In this document: positions 16,085 through 24,675 of the stretch, one piece after another
Layout: each line of letters starts with the position of its first letter
Numbering within the stretch: the first letter of the stretch is position 1
IMG/VR virus record: IMGVR_UViG_3300010362_000036
Location: 1-44,273 of that record
Reading direction: 5' to 3' (one strand)
Length of the DNA stretch: 44,273 bases
DNA from: a virus
Lineage: Duplodnaviria; Caudoviricetes
The notes under the pieces: generated by a model
Seen by the model: the letters and a program-made list of their open reading frames with translations, nothing else
Told to the model about the DNA's origin: nothing
The model's database searches: none
Program-made: the position numbers and the translations under genes

Positions 16085-16849
16085 ATGAAGAAAGGCATCA
16101 AGTTGTTGACGAAACCGACAGCACAACCCAAAGCGGAAAAGTCGATGTCGGTTGGGTATGCGACGTTTGTGTTGCATTTCGCGCAGTACGACCTATCAGG
16201 TCGGAACGTCTGCCCTTGGGCAGGTCTGTGCACCTTGGATTGCTTGGGCAAAGAGGGACGGGGCGGAATCAACGCGGGAACGATGGACGACATTCGCGCG
16301 CGCAACACGAACAAGATTCAGTTAGCGCGGTTGCGTCGGACTGATTGGTTTTTCTCGGATCGTCCGGCATTCCTAGTGCGGTTGCGTCGCGAGATTCGGA
16401 ACGCGCGCAAATGGGCCGAAAAACGCGGGTTGCGTTTGGCCATGCGGTTGAACGGCACAAGCGACGTCGTGTGGGAACGGATTGATCCGACATTGTTTGT
16501 GGAGTTTGCCGACGTCGTGTTTTACGACTACACAAAGGCACCATTCATTGTGCGCGACGAGTTACCGGCGAACTACTCGTTGACGTTCTCGTTTGGCGGT
16601 GACAACTGGCACAACTTCGGCGAATCGTTAGCGAACGGTCGGAACGCATCGGTTGTGTTTCGTGTGAAGCGGAATGGTGCCTTGCCGTCGACGTTTGCCG
16701 GGTTGCCGGTGATCGATGGGGATAAGACCGACGCGCGGTTTCTGGATCGGTCTGGCGTGATTGTCGGTCTCCGCGCGAAAGGTCGGTCCATCAAGTCAAC
16801 GAGCAAGTTCATTGTCAGCACCGGCAGAATTTTGCCGGTGCTCGCCTAA
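16085..16849 (+). CDS. GP88-family protein (radical-SAM-like Cys motif)
   Basis: NVCPWAGLCTLDCL, RLNGTSD, FYDYTK, YSLTFS, DGDKTDARF, VGLRAKG. Start MKKG with GGAG RBS. Confidence 0.8.
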   Translation: MKKGIKLLTKPTAQPKAEKSMSVGYATFVLHFAQYDLSGRNVCPWAGLCTLDCLGKEGRGGINAGTMDDIRARNTNKIQLARLRRTDWFFSDRPAFLVRLRREIRNARKWAEKRGLRLAMRLNGTSDVVWERIDPTLFVEFADVVFYDYTKAPFIVRDELPANYSLTFSFGGDNWHNFGESLANGRNASVVFRVKRNGALPSTFAGLPVIDGDKTDARFLDRSGVIVGLRAKGRSIKSTSKFIVSTGRILPVLA

Positions 16850-16876
16850 CGCATCACACACAAGGGAATTCGGGAA

Positions 16877-17212
16877 ATGGTTTACATCCACGATGGAAAG
16901 AACGTGGCGCGCGTCACGGAAGCGGAAGCGACGCGCCTAGTCGACGCCTGGCACGTCGACCCCAAAGCGGTGACCTGGCGTGGACGCCAGTGCTATTTCA
17001 CGGGCAATGTGCTCGTGGCATTGCGGGCGATCGATCCCGACGCGCGGAAGTCGTTTGTCATCACGAGCGCGCGCGAAGACTACTGCCACGAATGCCGTTC
17101 GTGGACCTATCCGTTTACGCTCGACGTCGACTATCGGGAAATCTGCGACGCCTGCTACCCGGACTGGCGCGAAGCGAGAGCGGAAGAGCAAGCGGAACGC
17201 GACGCGCGCTAA
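16877..17212 (+). CDS. Hypothetical protein with C-terminal CxxC pair
   Basis: CHEC...CDAC; RBS present. Confidence 0.55.
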   Translation: MVYIHDGKNVARVTEAEATRLVDAWHVDPKAVTWRGRQCYFTGNVLVALRAIDPDARKSFVITSAREDYCHECRSWTYPFTLDVDYREICDACYPDWREARAEEQAERDAR

Positions 17213-17252
17213 CGACTACACAACACACACACACACCTGGAGTCATCGAAGA

Positions 17253-17774
17253 ATGTCGTACACAACCAACCTGCCCTATCTCTGGCCAAAGCAAACCGCT
17301 GTCGTGATTCGCGGGATCCTCAAACGCGCGTTTCCTGGCGTGAAATTCTCCGTGAAAACCAATCGCGGCGCCGGTGTTTCGTCGGTTGACGTTCGCTGGA
17401 CCGACGGGCCGTTGGCGCGCGACGTGGACGCGCTCGTGAACGTGTTCGTGGCAGGGACCTTTAACGGCATGGTCGACATGTACGAATACGACCGTGACCA
17501 CATCATCACAGTCGACGGCGTGCGCTACCAACCGGGAACGCGCTATGTGTTCACGCGCCGCGAGATTTCCGTGGACCTGGCGCGCTTCGCCGCCGGTGTG
17601 GTCGCGTCGTACTACCGGCGCGAGGCGCCACGCATCAACGACCGTGGCACGTGGTGGGACATCGCCACGTTTGCGCCACCGGCGCCGCTCTCGGACTGGC
17701 ATACGCTCATCCACCGGTACCTGGCCAACCCGGCAGAATTCACGATGACACCGCCGTACGCCGAAGCGATCTGA
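17253..17774 (+). CDS. LPD29-domain protein
   Basis: IRGILKRAFPGVKFSV...SVDVRWTDGP...FNGMVDMYEY. Start MSYTTN with GGAG RBS. Confidence 0.75.
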   Translation: MSYTTNLPYLWPKQTAVVIRGILKRAFPGVKFSVKTNRGAGVSSVDVRWTDGPLARDVDALVNVFVAGTFNGMVDMYEYDRDHIITVDGVRYQPGTRYVFTRREISVDLARFAAGVVASYYRREAPRINDRGTWWDIATFAPPAPLSDWHTLIHRYLANPAEFTMTPPYAEAI

Positions 17775-17848
17775 GGGCGAAACCGGCGCGTCGCCGGTCT
17801 GCTGGTATCTGCCAGCACTGATGAGCCCATACACGAGGTTGTAGAGCG

Positions 17849-18043
17849 ATGGCGATCGATCCCAAGGCGACCTGTGGACACGATTGTGCCTGTCCGAACG
17901 TGGTCTACCATGCGGCGCAGGAATGCGTCGCGCGGTACGATGCGCCGATCCCCTCGCCGTCGGCGTTTGAGTTAGTCAGCATTCTGCTGGACGCGCTCGC
18001 CGAGTACGACGAGAGCGAACCCGAATCCCAGGAGGCGGCCTAA
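17849..18043 (+). CDS. Hypothetical protein
   Basis: GAGG RBS; coupled to the next gene. Confidence 0.5.
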   Translation: MAIDPKATCGHDCACPNVVYHAAQECVARYDAPIPSPSAFELVSILLDALAEYDESEPESQEAA

Positions 18044-18264
18044 TGCCGCAACAGATCGCAATCAGCTGGACCTACACCGATGCCGACGTGGCGAACATTC
18101 GCGAGGCATGGGACGACCACGAGAAACCCGCTGCGGACCTCGTGCGCGAGTACATCATCCACACGGTCGATAACGCGCTCATGGCGTTGAACGATCGCTA
18201 TCACAACACCGATCTGTCGTCCGACGATCGGCCCACCGCAGAGGAGCACCCGAAGAATGCGTAA
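18043..18264 (+). CDS. Hypothetical protein
   Basis: TAATG coupling, AGGAGG RBS. Confidence 0.55.
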   Translation: MPQQIAISWTYTDADVANIREAWDDHEKPAADLVREYIIHTVDNALMALNDRYHNTDLSSDDRPTAEEHPKNA

Positions 18265-18538
18265 ACGCTCAACCACCAACCCTGTCGTGCGCGCCGTCCA
18301 GAACATGGGCGGCAGTCCGCTGGGCCCCAAGTCAATGTGTCGCTGTGGCCACACCGGCGACGGGCCGAACAGCGAGCACGCAAACGCCATCGCGCTTGGT
18401 CACGGCGCGTGCACGCAATGCAATTGCGTCCAGTTCACCTGGCAGTCGCGCATCGTGCGCGCGGAAGACCTCTGCCCACAGTGCCACGAGCGCCCGGCGC
18501 AGTATCACGGTTGGTGCGACACGTGCCGGAGCGCCTGA
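18257..18538 (+). CDS. Cys/His-rich hypothetical protein
   Basis: CRCGH...H...CTQCNC...CPQC...CDTC. Confidence 0.55.
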   Translation: MRKRSTTNPVVRAVQNMGGSPLGPKSMCRCGHTGDGPNSEHANAIALGHGACTQCNCVQFTWQSRIVRAEDLCPQCHERPAQYHGWCDTCRSA

Positions 18539-18540
18539 GC

Positions 18541-18804
18541 ATGTTCCCCACCATCAACGGATGGGTGCGGACGATCGCGCCCATTGAACGCGTTCCGATC
18601 TACGACCACCAGGACCCGATCGACCTGGAGGGAACCATTCCCGCCGGTGTCGTGGGCGTCGTGATCGATCAGTCAGACGACTTCGTGACGATCGCATTCA
18701 CCTGGGGCGGAGGCGAGGCGCCACGCATGGCGGTGGCCACGCTGCCGACCGACGACGCGCTCCGGCAAACACTCACCGCCTGGCAGGAGGGCGACCCATC
18801 GTGA
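18541..18804 (+). CDS. Hypothetical protein
   Basis: MFPTING start; beta-rich. Confidence 0.5.
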   Translation: MFPTINGWVRTIAPIERVPIYDHQDPIDLEGTIPAGVVGVVIDQSDDFVTIAFTWGGGEAPRMAVATLPTDDALRQTLTAWQEGDPS

Positions 18805-19079
18805 AACGCGAAGACATCAAACCAGGCGCGCGGGTGGAAGCGACGCGCGACCTGGCCGGGCGATACAAGAAAGGCACGCAGGGCACGATTGTCTCGCTGC
18901 TGCACGGACGCGCCTACGGCAATGGCGGATGGGAAATGGTCGACGTCATGTTTGACGGCGACGAAATGCCCTATCGCGTCGCAATCGAGCACGCCGAGTT
19001 CCAGTTTCGGCTCGTCGGCGGCATCGCCGCCCAACGCGAGGACATCCGCCGACGGCGCCGGGAAGCGGGCGATGAGTAA
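18801..19079 (+). CDS. SH3-like barrel hypothetical protein
   Basis: IKPGARVEA...GTQGTIV...VDVMFD pattern; GTGA coupling. Confidence 0.5.
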   Translation: MKREDIKPGARVEATRDLAGRYKKGTQGTIVSLLHGRAYGNGGWEMVDVMFDGDEMPYRVAIEHAEFQFRLVGGIAAQREDIRRRRREAGDE

Positions 19080-19401
19080 ACACACACACCTCGCGCCAGA
19101 CAAACACACGCACGGCGGCGTGCAAGACGTCAAGCTGGTGCAGGACGCGCTCGACGCCACGCGCCTCACCGTGCCCCTCCTCGCGCGGCTCATCGTCCGC
19201 GAAGCGCGCAACGTCCAGGGCTGGCTCGACGGCATCCACCCGGTGCCCGGGCCCGTCCGGCTTCGCCTGTTGGAACTGATGGCGACCGATCCCGAAGAAC
19301 GGTATTACGAAATGCAGATGTTCCTCGCGCGCGTCGCGCGCTTCCCTCGCCGCGAACGCAACCACAATACCCGCCGCACCCGCCAACCCAAAGGAGCCTA
19401 G
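19072..19401 (+). CDS. HTH-like hypothetical protein
   Basis: LARLIVREARNVQGWLDG...PVPGPV resembles a phage HTH. Confidence 0.45.
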   Translation: MSKHTHLAPDKHTHGGVQDVKLVQDALDATRLTVPLLARLIVREARNVQGWLDGIHPVPGPVRLRLLELMATDPEERYYEMQMFLARVARFPRRERNHNTRRTRQPKGA

Positions 19402-19403
19402 CA

Positions 19404-19646
19404 GTGCCTCTCAGCAAGAAGGACATCACCACCCCGGTCACCGTGACCCAGACGTTCACATTCGCCGTGGCCGATCTGCGCAACATGTTCGATGAGTTCA
19501 CGGACGGCGGCCTGCCCATCGGCGACGACGTGCAAAGCGTCGAAGATCTCGCGCGGTTCACCGTCGACAGCGCCGTCGAAAACTCGCTCGACAACCTCAA
19601 CGACACCTGGGGCAACCCGGACCTGCCGACGGAGGACGACGCATGA
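19404..19646 (+). CDS. Acidic hypothetical protein
   Basis: AAGGAG RBS; strongly Asp/Glu-rich. Confidence 0.55.
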   Translation: MPLSKKDITTPVTVTQTFTFAVADLRNMFDEFTDGGLPIGDDVQSVEDLARFTVDSAVENSLDNLNDTWGNPDLPTEDDA

Positions 19647-20056
19647 GCAACACGTGGCGCGCACTCCTCATCAGAGACGGCGAGATCTCGCCGGTCGATC
19701 TCCGTCACGGCATCGATCACCTGAACGAATTGATTGGCGACACCTTCTGCTCGGCGTTCGTCGTCTGGCAAGAGAACGACCGGAAGCTCATTGGCTACTG
19801 CGATGACAACGGCCTCGCCAAGAACCTGCGCACGAACGTGATGCTCTCGGAGGATCTCTATTCGATCCCCGGCTATCCGATCGTGGGACCGATCGTCGTG
19901 TGCGCGCACGCCGGGCCCGACACCGTCGACATGACGGACGCGGAGCGCTCAGCCTTCTACACGGTCGACATTCCTACGGTCGCCACCGGCAAACATCCCG
20001 ACCGGGGCCGCACGATCACGCCAATCCTGCGCTATCGCGGGCCCCGCGCGCCGTAA
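19643..20056 (+). CDS. DUF3846-like protein
   Basis: LNELIG...YCDDNGLAKNLRTN...PIVGPIVV pattern. Confidence 0.6.
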   Translation: MSNTWRALLIRDGEISPVDLRHGIDHLNELIGDTFCSAFVVWQENDRKLIGYCDDNGLAKNLRTNVMLSEDLYSIPGYPIVGPIVVCAHAGPDTVDMTDAERSAFYTVDIPTVATGKHPDRGRTITPILRYRGPRAP

Positions 20057-20434
20057 CTACGCGCGACGCTCGACACACACGGCACCCTGGCCATCGCTGG
20101 GGTGCCGTTGTGCTTTCGCCAGTTCGCGCTCGAGTGTCTGTAAACGCTCATACAACGTCCGCGCCTGCAGTTGCGTGATCCAGAACCGCACCCGATCGAT
20201 CGGACGCAGCTCATCCGCCGCGAGCTGCGACTCACTCAGCTTCACCGCAATCGCCTGCACGTGGACAATCACGCGGTCACGACTGATGCCAAGTGCATGG
20301 CCCAGCTGCGCATAGCTCAATCCCTCGCCGATGAGCATTGTGACACGCAACTCCGTGCGCGTGAGCGGACGAATCAACCGACGCGAGAGCTCGCTGGGTG
20401 CGGGCAGAGGAATCTTGGGACCTGTGAGCATCAT
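20057..20434 (-). CDS. LuxR/GerE-type HTH regulator
   Basis: LTRTELRVTMLIGEGLSYAQLGHALGISRDRVIVHVQAIAVKL; GGAGG RBS. Confidence 0.75.
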   Translation of the reverse strand: MMLTGPKIPLPAPSELSRRLIRPLTRTELRVTMLIGEGLSYAQLGHALGISRDRVIVHVQAIAVKLSESQLAADELRPIDRVRFWITQLQARTLYERLQTLERELAKAQRHPSDGQGAVCVERRA

Positions 20435-20562
20435 TCGCCTCCTTGCGCATAAGTCTCGCCACCGTCAGATATTACGCTAGACCGTCCTGGCGAACAATCG
20501 CGGACGCGCGAGGAAGCGCGCAACAGGGCGGCCTCACCTTTCCGATCAGCAGGAGTCGTTTC

Positions 20563-21084
20563 ATGGCACAAACGCGCTATGCGTTCAAGATGGCGGGCAT
20601 GTACGAGTCGCTAGAACTCGATGCCCAGGCCGTCGGCGAAGAATTAGAGCAACTCATCGCCGACAAAAATGAGCACGTCACGCACGACGAGATCATCGCG
20701 CGCGCCCGCAAGTCAGACAGCGCGATGCACGGGGCGTTCACCTGGGACCAGGAGGTCGCTGCCGCCAAGTGGAACAAGAGAGAAGCGCGGCAACTGACAC
20801 AGCACCTCGTCGTCGCGAAAAACGGCAAGGCCACACGCACCAAAGCATTCGTCTTCGTCCATCATCCGGCGCACGATGGCAAGAAGGTACTACTCACCAC
20901 GCGCAGCGCGATGGCGAATCAAGCGACACGCCAGGAAGTCATCGAACAGGCCGTGCGCTCCCTGCAGCGGTCCCTCAATTGGTGGGGCCATGCGTATGGC
21001 GGCAATCCCGCGTTGCGGCGGCTGGCCAAGAACGTTCAGGCGCTCAAAGAGCGCGCTGAGCGCGAATTGCTGGCAGGCGTCTAA
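20563..21084 (+). CDS. Conserved phage protein of unknown function
   Basis: VTHDEIIARAR..DSAMHGAFTWDQEVAAAKW..REARQL motif; AGGAG RBS. Confidence 0.65.
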   Translation: MAQTRYAFKMAGMYESLELDAQAVGEELEQLIADKNEHVTHDEIIARARKSDSAMHGAFTWDQEVAAAKWNKREARQLTQHLVVAKNGKATRTKAFVFVHHPAHDGKKVLLTTRSAMANQATRQEVIEQAVRSLQRSLNWWGHAYGGNPALRRLAKNVQALKERAERELLAGV

Positions 21085-22013
21085 TGCACACACGCCCTCA
21101 GAAGCTCTACGACGCGGGCACGTTCGGGCACTACCTCCAAAACGATCTCAAGATTCCAGCAGGGCCCACGCGGCTACCGCTCGCCGTGCGCAACATTGCC
21201 CTGCGTCTCCAGCGTTCGGCGGAAGGCGTCGCGCCGAACTCGCCCATGCTGCCCGGCCTCGCGAAGTATCTCGGCGTGCCGCTCGACACTGTGCAGAAGT
21301 TTGCCAAAGGCGCGCCCCTCAACGAGAAATGGCTCTCGAAGATCTCGACGCAACTCGCACGGGGCACCATCCCGCGCGGCAAGAAGCTCGGCAAGGCGAT
21401 CCATGCGAAGCACGCGAGCAAGAAGAAAACGAAGGGGCGTGCGCCGGTGGAGATCCAGCCACACACGAAGCACGAGTTGACGCGCATCGCCGCCGAGAAA
21501 GGCTTCAGGCTCGGAGATCTCGCAAAGGAGCTAGGCGTGAAAGCCGGATCGCTGTGGGCCATCGCGACCGGCAAGTGTGCGCCCAGTCATCCCTTGCTTC
21601 CCGAAATTGCCAATGCGCTCGACATCCCGCTGCGGCGCCTGCAGGCGATGTGCAAGCTCCCGGGCTTATCAATCGGGCGCCCGAAGGCGAAGCGCAAAGA
21701 GAAGGTGCTGGCCGTCGTCCACGTGTCGCGCGAGCACACGCATCAGCACAACGGGAATGGTCACCCGAAGAACAACGGCCATCACCCGCGCAAGTACAAC
21801 GCGATGCGCAAGCAAGAGATCGAACTGCGCCAGGCCGCCAGGAGTATTCTCTCATCGCTCAACCTGGCGATCATGGAAGGCCAGCAATGGTCCCCACCGT
21901 TGCCGGTCGCCGCACTGCACGCCGTGATGCAAGACTACATGAACTCGAAAGGCGGGCGCGGCGGCGCTCTCGTGCTGGATCCACGGTTCGCCGAGTTCTT
22001 CGATCCGAAGTAG
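21084..22013 (+). CDS. XRE-family HTH protein (two HTH-like regions), repressor candidate
   Basis: LGDLAKELGVKAGSLWAIATG..PS..LLPEIANALDIP plus an earlier LAKYLGVPLDTV; very basic. Confidence 0.65.
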   Translation: MHTRPQKLYDAGTFGHYLQNDLKIPAGPTRLPLAVRNIALRLQRSAEGVAPNSPMLPGLAKYLGVPLDTVQKFAKGAPLNEKWLSKISTQLARGTIPRGKKLGKAIHAKHASKKKTKGRAPVEIQPHTKHELTRIAAEKGFRLGDLAKELGVKAGSLWAIATGKCAPSHPLLPEIANALDIPLRRLQAMCKLPGLSIGRPKAKRKEKVLAVVHVSREHTHQHNGNGHPKNNGHHPRKYNAMRKQEIELRQAARSILSSLNLAIMEGQQWSPPLPVAALHAVMQDYMNSKGGRGGALVLDPRFAEFFDPK

Positions 22014-22029
22014 GATTTGAGAATCGCCG

Positions 22030-22067
22030 GGGCCCGGGGTTGGCCGGGCCCTCACGCTTTTGCGTTT
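22030..22067 (+). terminator. Probable intrinsic terminator
   Basis: Stem GGGCCCGG/CCGGGCCC followed by a T-rich tail after the XRE gene. Confidence 0.5.
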
Positions 22068-22074
22068 GAGTTAG

Positions 22075-22359
22075 ATGCTGCTGCTCGATATCGAGATCGC
22101 CGACCGACTGTCCGACGCCATCGTGCAGGCGTCGAACGTCGAACTGGACGGCATGCGCGCAGGCCTGCGGCCCCCAGGCGCCGTCGCCATTACCCTGCTC
22201 ACGGGCCATCTCCTCGGACTCATGGCGGTGCTGCGCACGGCGCCACACCCGCGCCCCACCACCCTCCAACACGTGGAGGATGCCGTCGTCGCGTGCCTCG
22301 ATGACATCGGGATCGTGGCGAATGTGCCAAGGCTCCGACCGACGGATGAAGTGTCGTGA
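22075..22359 (+). CDS. Hypothetical protein
   Basis: Coupled to the next gene. Confidence 0.4.
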   Translation: MLLLDIEIADRLSDAIVQASNVELDGMRAGLRPPGAVAITLLTGHLLGLMAVLRTAPHPRPTTLQHVEDAVVACLDDIGIVANVPRLRPTDEVS

Positions 22360-22670
22360 GACCTCCGTCGAACCTGCGAGGAGGGGAGATCCGGCTCATG
22401 CCCAACGGTGTGATCTACCTGCGCACCATCAACGGCGATGGGTTGCGCGAAGCCGCTCCGCTCGCCGCGAATCACTGGATTGTCAAAGAGCAGCGCGCGT
22501 GCCCTTGGTGCGAACACGTCTTCCACGAGGGCGACATCACCACGCTCGTGCCCATGGCAGCGGCGACGCCGCATGACCGCGACCAGCAGCTCGCCAACAA
22601 ACCGTACACCGCGATCGCCCTCGTCTTTCACCACGAGTGCGGCAAGGAGAAACGAAGCTATGAGAAATGA
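22356..22670 (+). CDS. Hypothetical Zn-binding protein
   Basis: CPWC...HHEC. Confidence 0.5.
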   Translation: MRPPSNLRGGEIRLMPNGVIYLRTINGDGLREAAPLAANHWIVKEQRACPWCEHVFHEGDITTLVPMAAATPHDRDQQLANKPYTAIALVFHHECGKEKRSYEK

Positions 22671-23046
22671 ACACGACGGCACGTTCGCAGAGATCGTGCG
22701 CGAGATGGACACCGCGATCGAGCGCGGCTACATCGTCTTTCAGAAATTCACCTGCGGCGGCTGTGGCGCGCGGCAGAACATGGATGTCCCCAACAGCCTG
22801 TACACCAGCGGCCACTGCGAGGAGTGCGGCCACGTCACCAATCTCCAGCAAGACGGCTGTGGGTTCAAAGCCGTGCTGGCGACCGAGCCGTTCTACACGA
22901 AAGTGCTGTGGAAGGACGAGGGCGAGAACTGGGGCAAGGTCTATTTCTACCGCGATGACAAAATCCTCAACGACGAGGCGTGGATGCCCAAGGACCAAGC
23001 CCGACGCACCGCCGCGCAACTCCACGCCACCTTCGAGGAGGGATGA
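22660..23046 (+). CDS. Hypothetical Zn-ribbon protein
   Basis: QKFTCGGCG...CEECG; AAGGAG RBS. Confidence 0.55.
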   Translation: MRNEHDGTFAEIVREMDTAIERGYIVFQKFTCGGCGARQNMDVPNSLYTSGHCEECGHVTNLQQDGCGFKAVLATEPFYTKVLWKDEGENWGKVYFYRDDKILNDEAWMPKDQARRTAAQLHATFEEG

Positions 23047-23333
23047 TGCCGGTGAACGAGCCACGCGCAGTGCGGCACCTTCGCATCATCACGCGCATCA
23101 CCGATGTGCTATCGATCGTGGTGCCCGCCGTCTTGCTCATCTTCGCCGTGTACTGGTACACGCGGCGGCACTACGGGTACGTGGTCTTCAACCTCGGCCT
23201 CGCCACGTTCAACATCGGCCTCACCGTGTACATGCAACGCCGCATCGTACGACTTCGCGAGAAGACACAGGCGGAGCTTCGACTCCTGGAGCGACTGATG
23301 CGAGAAACACATGAAACTCACGATCACGATTGA
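23043..23333 (+). CDS. Two-TM membrane protein
   Basis: Two hydrophobic segments; GGAGG RBS. Confidence 0.55.
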   Translation: MMPVNEPRAVRHLRIITRITDVLSIVVPAVLLIFAVYWYTRRHYGYVVFNLGLATFNIGLTVYMQRRIVRLREKTQAELRLLERLMRETHETHDHD

Positions 23334-23646
23334 TGACGTCGACATAGCGCGCTGGATGGAGCGGCTTGAGGATATGCTCATGCGATGCGCTCCGGCACCG
23401 GCGCCGCCACCAGCGCCAGCAGTTCCACTGCACGAGGTGCTACTGACACCAGAGCAGGCCGGGCAACTGTTGCATCTGTCGCCGCAAACTTTGGCCACAA
23501 AGCGTGTCTACGGCGACGGACCCGCATATCGGAAGCTGGGGCGGCGCGTCTTTTACCCACGCGAAGCACTCGAAGCATGGATGAAAGAGCGCGAGTTCCC
23601 ACACACCGCTGCCTACGACTACGACGGCAAAGGGAAACGCCGATGA
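23311..23646 (+). CDS. MerR-like/HTH_17 (excisionase-like) DNA-binding protein
   Basis: LLTPEQAGQLLHLSPQTLATKRVYGDGPAYRKLGRRVFY..EALEAW. Confidence 0.8.
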   Translation: MKLTITIDDVDIARWMERLEDMLMRCAPAPAPPPAPAVPLHEVLLTPEQAGQLLHLSPQTLATKRVYGDGPAYRKLGRRVFYPREALEAWMKEREFPHTAAYDYDGKGKRR

Positions 23647-24095
23647 TCATCGGCATCGTGGGCGCAGAGGGCGCGAAGTTCACGAAGGCAGGCGAGGAAC
23701 AGGCGCGCGCAGTCATCCTGCGCCTCCTGCTACACCCGGACATCACGCTCATGGTCAGCGGCGGGTGCCATCTCGGAGGCGCCGACATCTACGCCGAAGA
23801 GGAAGCTGAACTCCTCGGCATCCCGATGCGCATTCATCGCCCCCTGCGCCTGACCTGGGAGGGCGGCTTCAAAGACCGCAACATCCTCATCGCCCACGAC
23901 GCGGACGTTGTGCACAACATCGTGGTGGATGTGCTGCCGAGCGACTATGCCGGGATGGAATTCAAGAAGTGTTATCACTGCAACACGACGGAGCACGTGA
24001 AGAGTGGCGGCTGCTGGACCGCGAAGCACGCCCAAGGGCTCGGCAAGCGGGCCGTGTGGCATCTCATCCAAAACTACCCCAAGGACGGCGAGTGA
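23643..24095 (+). CDS. SLOG-superfamily (YspA/DprA-like) protein
   Basis: MIIGIVG...VSGGCHLGGADIYAEEEA...GFKDRNILIAHDAD. Confidence 0.7.
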   Translation: MIIGIVGAEGAKFTKAGEEQARAVILRLLLHPDITLMVSGGCHLGGADIYAEEEAELLGIPMRIHRPLRLTWEGGFKDRNILIAHDADVVHNIVVDVLPSDYAGMEFKKCYHCNTTEHVKSGGCWTAKHAQGLGKRAVWHLIQNYPKDGE

Positions 24096-24574
24096 TGAGA
24101 GATCTCTATTACATCCTCGATGAATATCGGCGCAAGCCGATCGTGGTGAGCAAGCGCCATTGGCGCCGCTGGATGTACTGGAACAACCGCGACGACGAGA
24201 TCGGCGTCGTGTTCTTCCTGCCGCACGCCCCCATCGCCTTTTCGTACACCTTCCACGGGCGCGCCCCGCTCGGCGCCAATCCGCCACTCGTGTGGCGGGT
24301 CAGCGCGTGCATTCCGAGCACCGAACGCCCCGATCCCTCGTTGCCCGACCACATCTCCTTCGCCCTGGCCCCGAAATGGTGGACGCCCGAACCGTTCGGG
24401 CTGGACTTCGAAGAGATCCGCGATTTCCCCACGGAAGGACTCGCGCGCAGCGGCATGCACGAGATGCGCGATCGCATCGAACGACGCCTGCGCGAGTACG
24501 AGAAGCGCGGCGGCATCGTGCCCCCACCACTGGGACGCGACGATGACGACGGCGAAGCGTGGAAGCGTGGGTGA
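24095..24574 (+). CDS. Hypothetical protein
   Basis: TGATG coupling; MRDLYYILD start. Confidence 0.55.
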   Translation: MRDLYYILDEYRRKPIVVSKRHWRRWMYWNNRDDEIGVVFFLPHAPIAFSYTFHGRAPLGANPPLVWRVSACIPSTERPDPSLPDHISFALAPKWWTPEPFGLDFEEIRDFPTEGLARSGMHEMRDRIERRLREYEKRGGIVPPPLGRDDDDGEAWKRG

Positions 24575-24620
24575 TGAGAAAACGCGAAACTCGAGTTCGG
24601 GGAGGCCCTCGAATGGGGAC

Positions 24621-24655
24621 TTGTAGGGGTGATTAGATTTCATATATCACCCTTT
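24621..24655 (+). promoter_or_regulatory. Inverted repeat/operator in an AT-rich gap
   Basis: GGGTGAT-N12-ATCACCC upstream of 24676. Confidence 0.4.
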
Positions 24656-24675
24656 CATCATGAGGTTCTCGTAAT

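Noticed and set aside
17218-17236. (CA)n run as a phase-variable microsatellite
   Set aside because: Intergenic and just 5' of an RBS; similar CA-rich leaders occur at other early genes, so most likely an unstructured leader.
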